A DNA stretch of 64,000 nucleotides from NCBI GenBank assembly GCA_050309775.1, contig JBNRMV010000005.1, positions 86,292 through 150,291 of the forward strand. Direction: 5' to 3'. The notes under the pieces are model-generated. The model had not been told where the DNA came from and ran no database searches. It was given only the letters and a program-made list of their open reading frames with translations. The DNA is from Christensenellales bacterium (GTDB lineage Bacteria > Bacillota > Clostridia > Christensenellales > DTU072). Numbering within the stretch: the first letter of the stretch is position 1; each line of letters starts with the position of its first letter. This document shows positions 16,901 through 23,356 of this stretch, piece by piece. A program made the position numbers and the translations under genes.

Positions 16901-19292
16901 CCGTATCAAAAGGAGTAATCGAAAGCGTGATATATTCAAACTGGTTGAGTTCATTGGCAAAACGATAAACCAAATTGTCTTCATTTTGTTCTGTCAGAGT
17001 GCCTGAATGCAACGAAATGCTTGTCATGTTGGTGTAATTCAGTTTCATCGACAAGCCGGTTATGTCCAACGCCGCCGGCTGTCCGGCTTTGTAATAGTGC
17101 TTTTGCGGCGCGCTCAACAGCTGCAAAGAAGCTATCTGTCTTTCAATGACATTCAGCGTTGTTTGAATGGACAGACCGCCGTAATTTATGTTGACATTGC
17201 GCTGCCCTGCTGTTTTGTCGGTTCTTTGATAGTCCGTCATGATTTGCACAAGCGCCACCATAGTGCTGCCGTTTTCAAGAGTGCAATCCAAATAATAATC
17301 GGTGAAATCAATTTCCATGCCGGCAACTACTTGTGGCAGATTTTCGGCAGGGATATATTCGCCGTCAACGAATTTCACCAGTTCGATGCTTACCAAATCA
17401 TTTTTTACATATACGGGTATTGTGGTTTCAAGCGTCAGGCCCGTTGCCTGATACTTGACGATAACAGAATGATGTCCGAGGGTATCGAACTGCGTATTTT
17501 CAAATACCCATTCATTGCCGAAAGGTCCGATGAACGGTTCTGAATTTGTCGAGCCTTCATAATGTATGCGCATCTCCAAACCTTGTATGTCAAAGGACTC
17601 TCCCAAAACATATGTATCCTTGAATATGCTTATGAATTGAATGGAAACGGCTTTTCTGATAACAAGCACCTTGAAAGAACTCATTTTTGTGCCGTATTTT
17701 TCGCTGGAATAGGTCACAATGACATCTTGGTTGCCCGGTTGGGAATTGTTGTATCCCGAAACCATATCTCTGGTTATGTCGCCTTCCTCTGTCGTGCCGT
17801 CATTGAAAAATGCCGTATACCGCGCGCCCGTCAGCACAAGTTCCGCTCTTGCATAAAAAATGTTGTTTGTCGGCGGAGTAACCGTTATTCTTACAAGTTC
17901 TTTTTTCAATATGCTTATTTGGACAGCCTTTGTCAGCGTCCTTTCGTCTCTGTTATACTCAAACTCAAATGTTCTTGTGCCGTATTCGTCAAGCACCAGT
18001 CTGCCTGCGTCGCCTTTCAACATGTTGATATCGACGGGATAAATAGCGGAGTATGAGCCGTTGTCCATTATCAGGCGGTATTCCCACAGCGACAGGTCGA
18101 CAACGCCCTCTTCATAGAACAAAGCGTTTGTTTTCTCTTGCCCTGCCTGTGAATAACGCATAACAACGCCGTCCTCCACGACAGGAGGCAATATTTCAAG
18201 CGATGACGGTTTTGTTTCGACAACTTCGATTTGGAATGAAAAAGTCTTTTTTATGTCGGTAAACGAAAGAGTAACGGTCTGAATGCCCACTCTGGTTTTG
18301 TCATAGCCCGTTGCTATGACTTTGGGGTCTGTCATGCTGAAAACTTCGGTTGTGAGGTTGTTGTAGTCCACCGAAAGCTGACCGCCCCTCAATGACAAAT
18401 CAGTGCCGACAATTTGAATCTCTGACGGCATGCTGAGTATGGTAAATGTCACAGCTTCTTTTTCAAGAACTTTTATGGCAAATATAACCGCCTTGCCACC
18501 ATAGGACAGCGTGACTACTTCTCTGCTCTTTGCGTATGATGAATCGTATGAAAGCGAGGCGTCAAGTTCTTCTTGCGTGGCATACAAATCGGGAAAAGGT
18601 ATGTATTCGGAATTGCCGTTGTCATAGTTTACGAACAAACGCCCGCCGGCAAGCGACTCACGGGTGATTTTTTCGTCAACAAGATACAGTTCCTTGTCCG
18701 GCGTCTCGGCTATCGAAATGCTGGTGACCGTTTTTTGGTTAATTTTTATTGTCAGCGTTGTTTGAAACTCGAGGTATTTTATTGTCAGCTGCTGCTCGCC
18801 TACAATATCGGAATTAAAGCCCGTAACCATATCTTCAGTAACGGGGATAGTGTCAGGGTCGCCGCTCTCATAATATATTTTTAGATACAAATTCTCCAGC
18901 GAAAGCTCTTGATCTTCTATGTATTCGGTTTTGTAATCAATTTGGCGTTTTGTGGGTTCAATCCTTACTATCGGAGCATTGCTTATTTTTATTTTTATAT
19001 TAGTGAAAACATTTTCGTACTTGATAGTCAGTACATGCTCTCCGATATCCTGAGGGTCATAGTTGCTTATCATTTCAAAGGTAAGGGGCAAGGTTTTGGT
19101 GGTGCCGTTTGCGTAATATACGGTGAATTGTGAGTTGCTCAAATCAAAGGTCTCGCCTTTGAGGTACTCGAGCTTCGGCAGCGAAGTCAATGCTATTCTT
19201 TCGATAGGTGTTTCTTTGCCGCTGCAACCGCCAATCATCAGCGCAACCAAAGCCAGCAGTATTATAATAATCGGCAACAACCTCTTCTTCAT
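7962..19292 (-). CDS. giant surface lipoprotein (3,776 aa): Ig-like repeat array, MBG/YGX-type repeat array, helical insert, three C-terminal ConA/LamG-like modules
   Basis: Uninterrupted 11.3-kb ORF. ATG at 19292 lies 5 nt after AGGAGG (19298-19303); the track's GTG at 19307 overlaps that SD. Lipobox LVALMIGG|C. About a dozen ~85-aa units of the Big_3 pattern (Y..GE.LDL.G..V...Y.DG....V......V.GFD....G.Q.VT..Y). More than ten units have the K.YG...P.F / G.Y.I....NY motifs of MBG domains. Confidence 0.9.
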   Translation of the reverse strand: MKKRLLPIIIILLALVALMIGGCSGKETPIERIALTSLPKLEYLKGETFDLSNSQFTVYYANGTTKTLPLTFEMISNYDPQDIGEHVLTIKYENVFTNIKIKISNAPIVRIEPTKRQIDYKTEYIEDQELSLENLYLKIYYESGDPDTIPVTEDMVTGFNSDIVGEQQLTIKYLEFQTTLTIKINQKTVTSISIAETPDKELYLVDEKITRESLAGGRLFVNYDNGNSEYIPFPDLYATQEELDASLSYDSSYAKSREVVTLSYGGKAVIFAIKVLEKEAVTFTILSMPSEIQIVGTDLSLRGGQLSVDYNNLTTEVFSMTDPKVIATGYDKTRVGIQTVTLSFTDIKKTFSFQIEVVETKPSSLEILPPVVEDGVVMRYSQAGQEKTNALFYEEGVVDLSLWEYRLIMDNGSYSAIYPVDINMLKGDAGRLVLDEYGTRTFEFEYNRDERTLTKAVQISILKKELVRITVTPPTNNIFYARAELVLTGARYTAFFNDGTTEEGDITRDMVSGYNNSQPGNQDVIVTYSSEKYGTKMSSFKVLVIRKAVSIQFISIFKDTYVLGESFDIQGLEMRIHYEGSTNSEPFIGPFGNEWVFENTQFDTLGHHSVIVKYQATGLTLETTIPVYVKNDLVSIELVKFVDGEYIPAENLPQVVAGMEIDFTDYYLDCTLENGSTMVALVQIMTDYQRTDKTAGQRNVNINYGGLSIQTTLNVIERQIASLQLLSAPQKHYYKAGQPAALDITGLSMKLNYTNMTSISLHSGTLTEQNEDNLVYRFANELNQFEYITLSITPFDTELESGAETAVRTIIIAIESFEVSFDIVVAYKIATSVTWDISDEGQPETPQPAITALQGLNNINFAPGASFKVIYNDGEFSEIKTVADEIDNLTISNFNHNLKDTQVIVLRYQDIYFNAVVTVSPKDLYSIELAPDFAVPDVTEGMPLDLRQAKIIVTYYHDMGTPDPGDDIILPPTIVSLASGMTDYNKADGRLGLRPVIITFSYTGSRTETRELNFDLTVKKKQLDSIGMGLIPKTKYVELDQYDYTNGTIILYYNNNTTLVLPLSEAKRVRSAANILPTDHYILNYGQFDNSDFSGFSRKQQIFITYKDGDIIRETSYDIIMHDRMYAEVVFADREEYNADLRTYYFWYGEHKTISYQILGYSYHTDMPQSDMLAEMPLVQGINYTFKYINEQTGEEFSEWPRDAGTYKIVIVYDADSPVNNDRIHNSFIHDERTVVIRPKNIHIAPNSVTKVYGENHPTFTSIISAVEYREISGGGTEIILHTDNVFGYDDTAATLGPIEYLFPDSGGISDWKRAPARTYEINVSVAPHRNYAVTFGEAEYIITKRDIVIMADSQSKEYGQPDPAFTFTTAAVMGNDKSGLIQGDSFSGYLLRSNASTSNGVGSYDILLGSLRNDNYNITYVSSRLTIVPRKLIITAKNYTKIYGETLPIFEVTPSSERETPFAYTDSILSLGGSLSFVCVDNEGNAVSSATGVGTYTIMPQGYVSSNYDIEYRSGTITINRRKVSVTADEKQKIYGTAGDPALTYVASTVVGDIRSGLYASDTLNGVLIRESGENASTYTINQGTLTNENNANYDIIYTSNVFTITKRDAKIELSGLSRQYNGLLPAVTDDDITLHNAHGDIKNNIIITFINPSSNVGIYSIGFTNNDPNHTLSFLAAEGYRFTITQKEVSTQFYNIPYGILENGQYTGSVYKGSPYNYEARVPVDQIASGDTVSVVIYTAELLEGSSTPIYLDRTSVTNVGRYSVKVMSLTNPNYKLRTPLPDEPDYRETQFTIIPAIIKVKINTYEKPYTGGDLSFNNSLTKIDGYYKSLDYQLLTQINFVPHGLSVYPYYINAQQQERLPRSVLYKTDEEGNPLTDEFGEYILDSYNIKVVTGNRNYTAVLVDSAGNPLELDGEEIVDENYRFKVTPKVLDIILQTGSVIKEYDGKPPQVTTFGLSSPQIDKEQEVFFEYVRNDDYPEFMEGHITDADSGTFTIIPRTTNMNFKLRLSPSTNYDYTIKVKTLYSCDFGGKTIKQYDGLVPEITSEFFNFGGYAGDYTEEERSGLVVELDFGEEAINAGSYKFTAKFKFPRGDAQFRPGYEDYLDYNHRFQSIDLLTNLDYKIEKRQVALTMIETNDLEGYNWKYYNGLNGAQLIDGTNKFARGFEIVDAKANDPDFYDYMNEPLGGMLEHGEEVKRKHRLNEQDTILLKDLIAGVLELEISSIRAAETYSAVRTSNITNHIDNANFAIQVMQGTYRFSIRRQVINYHFDETYKTYGENITTSQYNFALQPLELEKVIEAAEYPNLFDAETGLFPSTRFSPYAMDGEIIVDYMTPVGRYDIHDDDNGGIPIGNYILYHNAEASRGNLIIERRELPVRYVEDRGDYFVVTRVYGDELDKINFVYLENTGDGKGLMSWDRDIGLTTSAEFDRPNVSFVPGIGDDIARDAGIILENAIEIDFLDEGSNANYYFSYDAFFGIQPKLEIKKAPLIIKVAHPDYDGTNDPSLTAVYGTPPTESQYKYVYYGFKLGQNNLTVSVMNIQYTLQQTTMVINGETVTFDAVSGSIDMSGRSLMHILGTNFRLPVNYDEGVLPNPLTPDMSYRGTISRQATNGNWYEFSPTTALAAYLTNYDVIYDPTDYIVTKRPIEIWLEHRDSGAQGPNATFNILWDEVPYMISNEKVLLHFFTKEELLNMRYNEIAIINAIYSTEEILLLTFSKEQILIFAGKIAEDNEFDEAQIESMYNLLQAYELTQVFEEHITELHITNIYNGLTEQQFEQAYQAIFTEENINTVYAAQNYTPAQLDAIHADIISGLDEDEKRLIFRFMYDSSQLVYGDEIAIGGDIDISNIALNYNTARGENKSLTAKGVVGNNYEFIYVGSKLNIYRYITSIGDNNELPNIMLTQDDEFMVKVNYVDGSFEYLSFTAPRATDYDKQVDYSSEFRYEGAPIDMLSTASFQTVIITIDEEIFGYKQFSITSEPFRIRLFNNGDDQLLWGKAVGFGGENNGGVFASSNGAKQLGEKINGNYTYYLSNDNGVTAGMHDFDIIDTTFTLSPKTGIGSYYFELILNGDGTAQNYLAMRFNSGSTEVLTLYGRASGAQVFSNSIVKPAELDLFDGRPHSITVYIDKLGTRESDASGYRVLAVIDNVYYFSFAIGKSYTPYFDSAAGFEANNCFAWVSRYNVYRQGIESSLALTVMPTSSSYLSQFYSVPEAREVDFAALVDSYTFFNSSYKTVINMNKLSFEYVLDGFEVGSSAMLPIGAYVLEAKLYYDGVYMDTLTIHISISQNYTAETVSNGYVSAKPYMANPVTYYGYSYAEGDDMTITATSLTTVTAANLKNYRYFKSVFELDFATLPGGDYPNVELPEDYNPNYSDKWQYQYSAAIILKTTDPTGDLRNPNITSPLFNGIGLYIRYDGSVYYTKVFIRINGLLYYSQDYTNIIWSGTQRTIVEASFDDTTGCIYIYVHNDGITYSLRIGNGFQTIGLALTANQIMNIITNTASTSSIVLSNTRGRIYQMETGTKQIRNRNYYDLATGELKANIDITAFTTGNQIFLDNGSGAPLVANYDTYTMKFKATYDDPNYINADYFRMLIGSNKPTFANTVAGDNRGFFIGYQKMYYPEFFLDAHVLYFAIYKCGAQYTNQYLYATSPIDGIPNLGPNLMDGAEHTLEVYVSREIMIRNYQQDLANGEVVPYFAYDTADMQVYLVTIKIDGTSVGTAYLPVVNNLSNWSTGGGSSTDLRYDGIYDIRFLSSYMYAGINVLNANLEVEYLRVE

Positions 19293-19356
19293 CAAAACCT
19301 CCTGCACTTTCCTTTTCGGAAAAAGTACATACTACGCCCTTTTAATATACAGTAAA

Positions 19357-19385
19357 ATTGTAACATAACAGATTAAAATAATCAA
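19357..19385 (-). promoter_or_regulatory. promoter of the 3,776-aa gene
   Basis: Minus strand: TTGATT (19380-19385), 17 nt, TGtTACAAT (-10 hexamer 19357-19362). Leaves a 5' UTR of about 55 nt. Confidence 0.55.
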
Positions 19386-19476
19386 TATAACTTTAGTTAA
19401 ATTTTAATAAATCTTATTTATATAAATAATAATGCAATGACAAGGCATTATATCGGATTTTCTTATTCAATTATAC

Positions 19477-19508
19477 AAAAAACGCCGCTCTCGCATTTGA
19501 AAGCGGCG
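19477..19508 (-). terminator. rho-independent terminator after the transposase-like gene
   Basis: Minus strand CGCCGCT-12 nt loop-AGCGGCG followed by TTTTTTGT. Confidence 0.75.
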
Positions 19509-19532
19509 CAATAAATATGCGCAAAGGGTAAA

Positions 19533-20576
19533 TTATAGTCCGGTCATACTGCGCAGTTGCAGAATGTCGTTTTGCAGCCCGAAATTCTGCGCTATTTCGA
19601 CAAAACCCATACCATAGCTTCTGTTCAGGCTTTTTATGACTTCGGCAAGCACAAAATAGCTGCTGTCCTCTACTTGCAATTTGTTTATGATATAGTCATA
19701 TCCGAACTTCTTGTTCATGTTGACGGTTACTATGACTTCCATCAACAACGAATAAATTCCGTATTCTTCAACTTGCAGACTGCTGACCGCTTCAAGGAAG
19801 GTGTATCCCTTGTCAAAGACCATTGACATGATTATTTCTATAAGAATATCTCTGCGATTCTTAATGCCCAGCTTCCTTTCAAGTTTTGAATATGGACAAC
19901 CAGTCCTTTCCGCAACATCTATGGCTATTTGTTTTATGATATTTTCGTCGACAAATGGGCTGTTGCCGCGGTATCTCAAAGTGACGGCGTCTATTGCCTT
20001 ATTGAACTTCTCGGCGCCGCTCCTTGACTTAAGCGCTTTGCCGCCGATGTCCCTTCTGTGCCAAGCGGTATATGTGACTCCGTCAAGTGTCGGTATTTCA
20101 AGCAAACCAAGTAAAAAGGCTTTGTCAACTATTCCGAAACCCTTAAAAATCGGCAGGGCGGAAGAATATCTGTAGCGCTTATAACTCCGCACCAGACCTT
20201 GGAACTCGGGTATTTTGTGTATGCCTGCAAGAACCGCAGTTATGTCATCGAACTTAATTTTTGTCATTTGGTTGGGCAAACGGAAAATATAGCCGTTGTC
20301 TCCGTATTGGCGGTTGTAATAGGCGTTATAGTTTTCGTTCAGCTCTCTGAAAAAGTCGTTGATTTGCTTCTCGTTTGATGCATATACCAAACAGTATGCC
20401 GAATTGTCTACAACAGCATACGCCAGCACTTTTATTTCGGGTCTGTCGCCAACAAGCCTTTCCAGAAGTTTGAGATAGTAAGCCTTTGCTTTGCCATCGG
20501 GGAACGCCGTCTTGCCATTGATTCCGTCAGTAACTACGCTGTACACAACGCCGTATTTATAAATTTCCTTAGCCAT
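19533..20576 (-). CDS. IS200/IS605-type Y1 transposase-like (RAYT-like) domain with degenerate HUH motif, fused to two DnaA-C-like HTH modules; probably domesticated
   Basis: The N-terminal 110 aa follow the COG1943-type layout as I remember it. The HUH positions read YSVV and DNSAYCLVYAS instead of YHV / NH.HLL. The YNAYYNRQYGDNGYIFRLPNQ block is retained. The C-terminus has two units resembling DnaA domain IV (RRDILIEIIMSMVFDKGYTFLEAVSSL; FVLAEVIKSLNRSYGMGFVEIAQNFGL). Confidence 0.6.
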   Translation of the reverse strand: MAKEIYKYGVVYSVVTDGINGKTAFPDGKAKAYYLKLLERLVGDRPEIKVLAYAVVDNSAYCLVYASNEKQINDFFRELNENYNAYYNRQYGDNGYIFRLPNQMTKIKFDDITAVLAGIHKIPEFQGLVRSYKRYRYSSALPIFKGFGIVDKAFLLGLLEIPTLDGVTYTAWHRRDIGGKALKSRSGAEKFNKAIDAVTLRYRGNSPFVDENIIKQIAIDVAERTGCPYSKLERKLGIKNRRDILIEIIMSMVFDKGYTFLEAVSSLQVEEYGIYSLLMEVIVTVNMNKKFGYDYIINKLQVEDSSYFVLAEVIKSLNRSYGMGFVEIAQNFGLQNDILQLRSMTGL

Positions 20577-20605
20577 TTTTACCTCACTTATTTGCGTAAA
20601 ATTAT

Positions 20606-21241
20606 TTAATTGTATATTGCCTTGAACAAGTCAAACATATCTTGTTCGCTGAATTGCTCTTTCTGCGCCTTTGCTTTCACGGAGTCCTCAATGAACTTGC
20701 GGCAACTTTCTTCCATTATGCTGATAACTTCAAAAGCCTTGTCTATGTCTGCGCCGCATGCGGCTACGCCATGGTTTGCCATTATGCAGCCGTTTCTGTC
20801 TTGCATAGCTCTGACTGCGCCCTCTCCAAGCGACTTTGTCGATGGCAAAGAATATTTTGCAATTTTGATACTTCCGCCTACCAAACTCTGCATTTCGGGA
20901 GACATAACCGGCACTTCAATACGCGCGCTGGCTACTGAACAGCAGTATGAAGGATGCGAATGTATGACGGCATTTATGTCTTTTCGGGTGCGGAGAATGC
21001 CTGCGTGCAAGTCTTTCTCCGACGAGGGTTTGCGGTGTCCTTTGTACTCCATGGTAAAAATATCCATGAGTACAAGGTCCTCGGGTTGCAACCTGTTATA
21101 GTCCAATCCCGACGGAGTCAGCAGCATTGTGCGCTCGTCCACCCTTACGGATATATTGCCCCAGGTCCCCTGAACTAAGTTGCTTGAAACCAGCCTTTTC
21201 CCTGATGCTATTATTAGTTCCCTTATTTTGTTTTCTGTCAT
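20606..21241 (-). CDS. class II (zinc-dependent) aldolase/adducin-family enzyme (FucA/AraD-like)
   Basis: GNISVR, PSSEKDLH, AVIHSHPSY and MANHGVAACG motifs; all three His ligands and the Glu are present. Confidence 0.85.
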   Translation of the reverse strand: MTENKIRELIIASGKRLVSSNLVQGTWGNISVRVDERTMLLTPSGLDYNRLQPEDLVLMDIFTMEYKGHRKPSSEKDLHAGILRTRKDINAVIHSHPSYCCSVASARIEVPVMSPEMQSLVGGSIKIAKYSLPSTKSLGEGAVRAMQDRNGCIMANHGVAACGADIDKAFEVISIMEESCRKFIEDSVKAKAQKEQFSEQDMFDLFKAIYN

Positions 21242-21822
21242 CTTTGCATTTCCTTTAATTTTGTTTCTTGGTCAAGTTTGGAATACTTTTTCTTATAAAA
21301 AATATGCATCAACACGGCCTCGACTTTTTTGATTGGTTTTGCTCCGCCTATCATTGCGCTTTCGATAAAAGCCTTGCTTCCTTTCTCCAATACCAAAGTC
21401 GTCGTATCCGCCTCGTCAAGCGTTCTGCCCACCGCCAAAGCTCCGCTGTTTTTTATGAAACAACCGTGTCTGCCGGCAATTGCGCGCAATATGGAAAAAG
21501 CATTCTTGCTCTTTGCGCAGCGTACCGACGGACCGACTATTTGGGCAAGGTCGTCAAGCAACGGCGGCATGGTTGCCGCAGTCTGGGACACTATGGTGGT
21601 ATAATTTTGTGAACTCATTATTACGGCATTCATTTGTTTCTTATTTTGCAATACGCTGCTTATTATGGCAATGTCGCCGCCGTGTTTGTCTGCAAAGGCA
21701 TATTCTGTTATGCCCGTTCCCGGTGCGGCAACTATAAATTTTTCTCCGTTTCTTAAGGCAATTGTTGCATTCTTATCGTACTTTTCAAAATAGCTGTAAA
21801 CTTGTTGATTGAGTTTTGTCAT
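21238..21822 (-). CDS. class II aldolase-fold paralog lacking the metal-binding histidines
   Basis: Aligns by eye to the downstream aldolase: NAVIMSSQNYTTIVSQ vs NAVIHSHPSYCCSVAS, and CFIKNSGALAVG vs CIMANHGVAACG. Start taken at Met34 of the track ORF (ATG 21822, AAGGAGAA SD), since the longer ORF would overlap the kinase gene. Confidence 0.65.
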   Translation of the reverse strand: MTKLNQQVYSYFEKYDKNATIALRNGEKFIVAAPGTGITEYAFADKHGGDIAIISSVLQNKKQMNAVIMSSQNYTTIVSQTAATMPPLLDDLAQIVGPSVRCAKSKNAFSILRAIAGRHGCFIKNSGALAVGRTLDEADTTTLVLEKGSKAFIESAMIGGAKPIKKVEAVLMHIFYKKKYSKLDQETKLKEMQR

Positions 21823-21826
21823 TTTA

Positions 21827-23356
21827 TTAGTTTTCTCCTTCAAATCGTCCGCCATTGGCTCTTTTGTATGCCTTGCGCAGCCCATAATATACATCTTTGT
21901 AGCTGCGGAATAATTCATCATAAATCTTTTTGTTTTCGGGATTGGGTTTGTAGACCTTTTTTACTTTGGCAAAGCGCTTAGCTTCTGAAAAGTCCTTCAA
22001 TACGCCCAAACCTATAAGCGCAGTAATGGCGCCGCCCAGCGCGCCTGCGCTTCTGGCATTCTCTACAACGCCGAACTCAATGCCGGTAATGTCGGCAACA
22101 ATTTGCATCCAGCTGTCGTTTTGCGCTCCGCCGCCTATTATGCGCAATCGGTCGCAAGGCAAGCCATAATCCCTCTTAAAGTTTTCGAGAATCCACCGCA
22201 AATTATAAGCTATACCTTCGTATACGGCTTTCATAAAATGCTCTCTGGTATGCTCTGGGTTTATGTTAAACAGCGTTGCCCTTGTTGTTGTCGTACTTAC
22301 GGGACATCTCTCGCCCAGCATCCACGGCGTACAAATAAGGTGGTCTGAGCCTGCCGGTATGTTCTCTATTTGCTTATACATATACTCATAGATACCGTCG
22401 CCAAGTTCTTTGACCTCTCTTGAGAAAAACTGCTCAATTATCCATTGTATATTTGAGCCTGCCGCCTCTGTGATGCCTACTACCAGATTCATATTGGGGT
22501 CTGCGCTTTGGATAGCCGCTGCGCCGTTCTTGAATTTTGTTTCGCTCTTTGACGACGCGCACACCCATGCTGAAGTTCCCAAATAAATGTGTATCTCTCC
22601 GTCCTCTGTCATACCGCTGCCGATACATGCGCTTTGCACATCGTCACAGCCGCCAAACACGGGCATGCCTGCATACAATCCAAGCTCTTCTGCCGCCTTG
22701 TTTGTCAAGCCTCCCACCAAATCGGTGCTTTTCACCAGCGGAGGCAGCTTTTTTGTGTCAAGTCCGGTAAGACCCAACACTGACAAAAACTCCTTCTTCT
22801 TCAAATCCATACCGTAAGAAGACGCGCCGCTCAGTTCGGCAACCATTTTTCCCGTGCATTTGTATTTTAAGAAGCCGTTGACATCAAGAAAGTATTTTGT
22901 ATTCTTATAGATATCAGGGCGCTCCTCTTTCAGCCAAATGAGCTTTGCAATAACATCCTTGCCCATTATCGGCGTGCCTGACAGCAAGGTGAATATGCGC
23001 TTGCCGCCCAGCTTTTTCATTATGCTTTGAGCCTGCTTGCCCGCCCTGCCGTCCACCCAGGAAATGTTGTTGTAAAGTGTGTTGCCCTTTGCGTCAACTG
23101 GAATGATACCCATGGCTTGTGTGGCAAAAACCATGCCCTTTATGTACTTGGCGTCAACTTTTGTCTTTTTCAGCAATCCTTTTGTTGCCTCGCAGACGCC
23201 CTGCCAATACTCATCGGGGTCTTGCTCCACCCACGCAGGATTGGGATAATATGTCTTGTAGGGCGCTGAAAAACTGCCTATCAGATTGCCTTCAAAATCT
23301 ACCAGAACAGCCTTGACTGAGCTTGTACCCATGTCATGAGATATTATGTAACTCAT
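21827..23356 (-). CDS. FGGY-family carbohydrate kinase (xylulokinase-like)
   Basis: HDMGTSSVKAVL N-terminal phosphate loop and IIGGGAQNDSWMQIVADI C-terminal motif. 509 aa. The start overlaps the upstream stop (ATGA). Confidence 0.85.
   Translation of the reverse strand: MSYIISHDMGTSSVKAVLVDFEGNLIGSFSAPYKTYYPNPAWVEQDPDEYWQGVCEATKGLLKKTKVDAKYIKGMVFATQAMGIIPVDAKGNTLYNNISWVDGRAGKQAQSIMKKLGGKRIFTLLSGTPIMGKDVIAKLIWLKEERPDIYKNTKYFLDVNGFLKYKCTGKMVAELSGASSYGMDLKKKEFLSVLGLTGLDTKKLPPLVKSTDLVGGLTNKAAEELGLYAGMPVFGGCDDVQSACIGSGMTEDGEIHIYLGTSAWVCASSKSETKFKNGAAAIQSADPNMNLVVGITEAAGSNIQWIIEQFFSREVKELGDGIYEYMYKQIENIPAGSDHLICTPWMLGERCPVSTTTTRATLFNINPEHTREHFMKAVYEGIAYNLRWILENFKRDYGLPCDRLRIIGGGAQNDSWMQIVADITGIEFGVVENARSAGALGGAITALIGLGVLKDFSEAKRFAKVKKVYKPNPENKKIYDELFRSYKDVYYGLRKAYKRANGGRFEGEN

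Noticed and set aside
16170-17006. Long antisense ORFs inside the giant genes and other genes (e.g. 16170-17006 of 278 aa, 10575-11168, 17007-17543, 50523-51149, 48269-49015, 39885-40508)
   Set aside because: All lie opposite well-supported genes. Their composition is low-complexity and rich in Arg, Cys, His and Phe. They have no SD or promoter and no recognisable motif. They are typical shadow ORFs in mid-GC coding DNA.
19308-19532. Invertible (phase-variable) promoter upstream of the giant genes
   Set aside because: I looked for flanking inverted repeats around the promoters at 19357-19385, 29657-29685 and 58812-58840 and found none. There is no nearby recombinase gene. A computational inverted-repeat search would be needed to exclude this fully.
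19533-20576. Active IS200/IS605 insertion sequence
   Set aside because: The HUH metal-binding motif is lost. There is no tnpB, no subterminal hairpins and no second copy in the window. The gene is embedded in an operon with its own SD and terminator.
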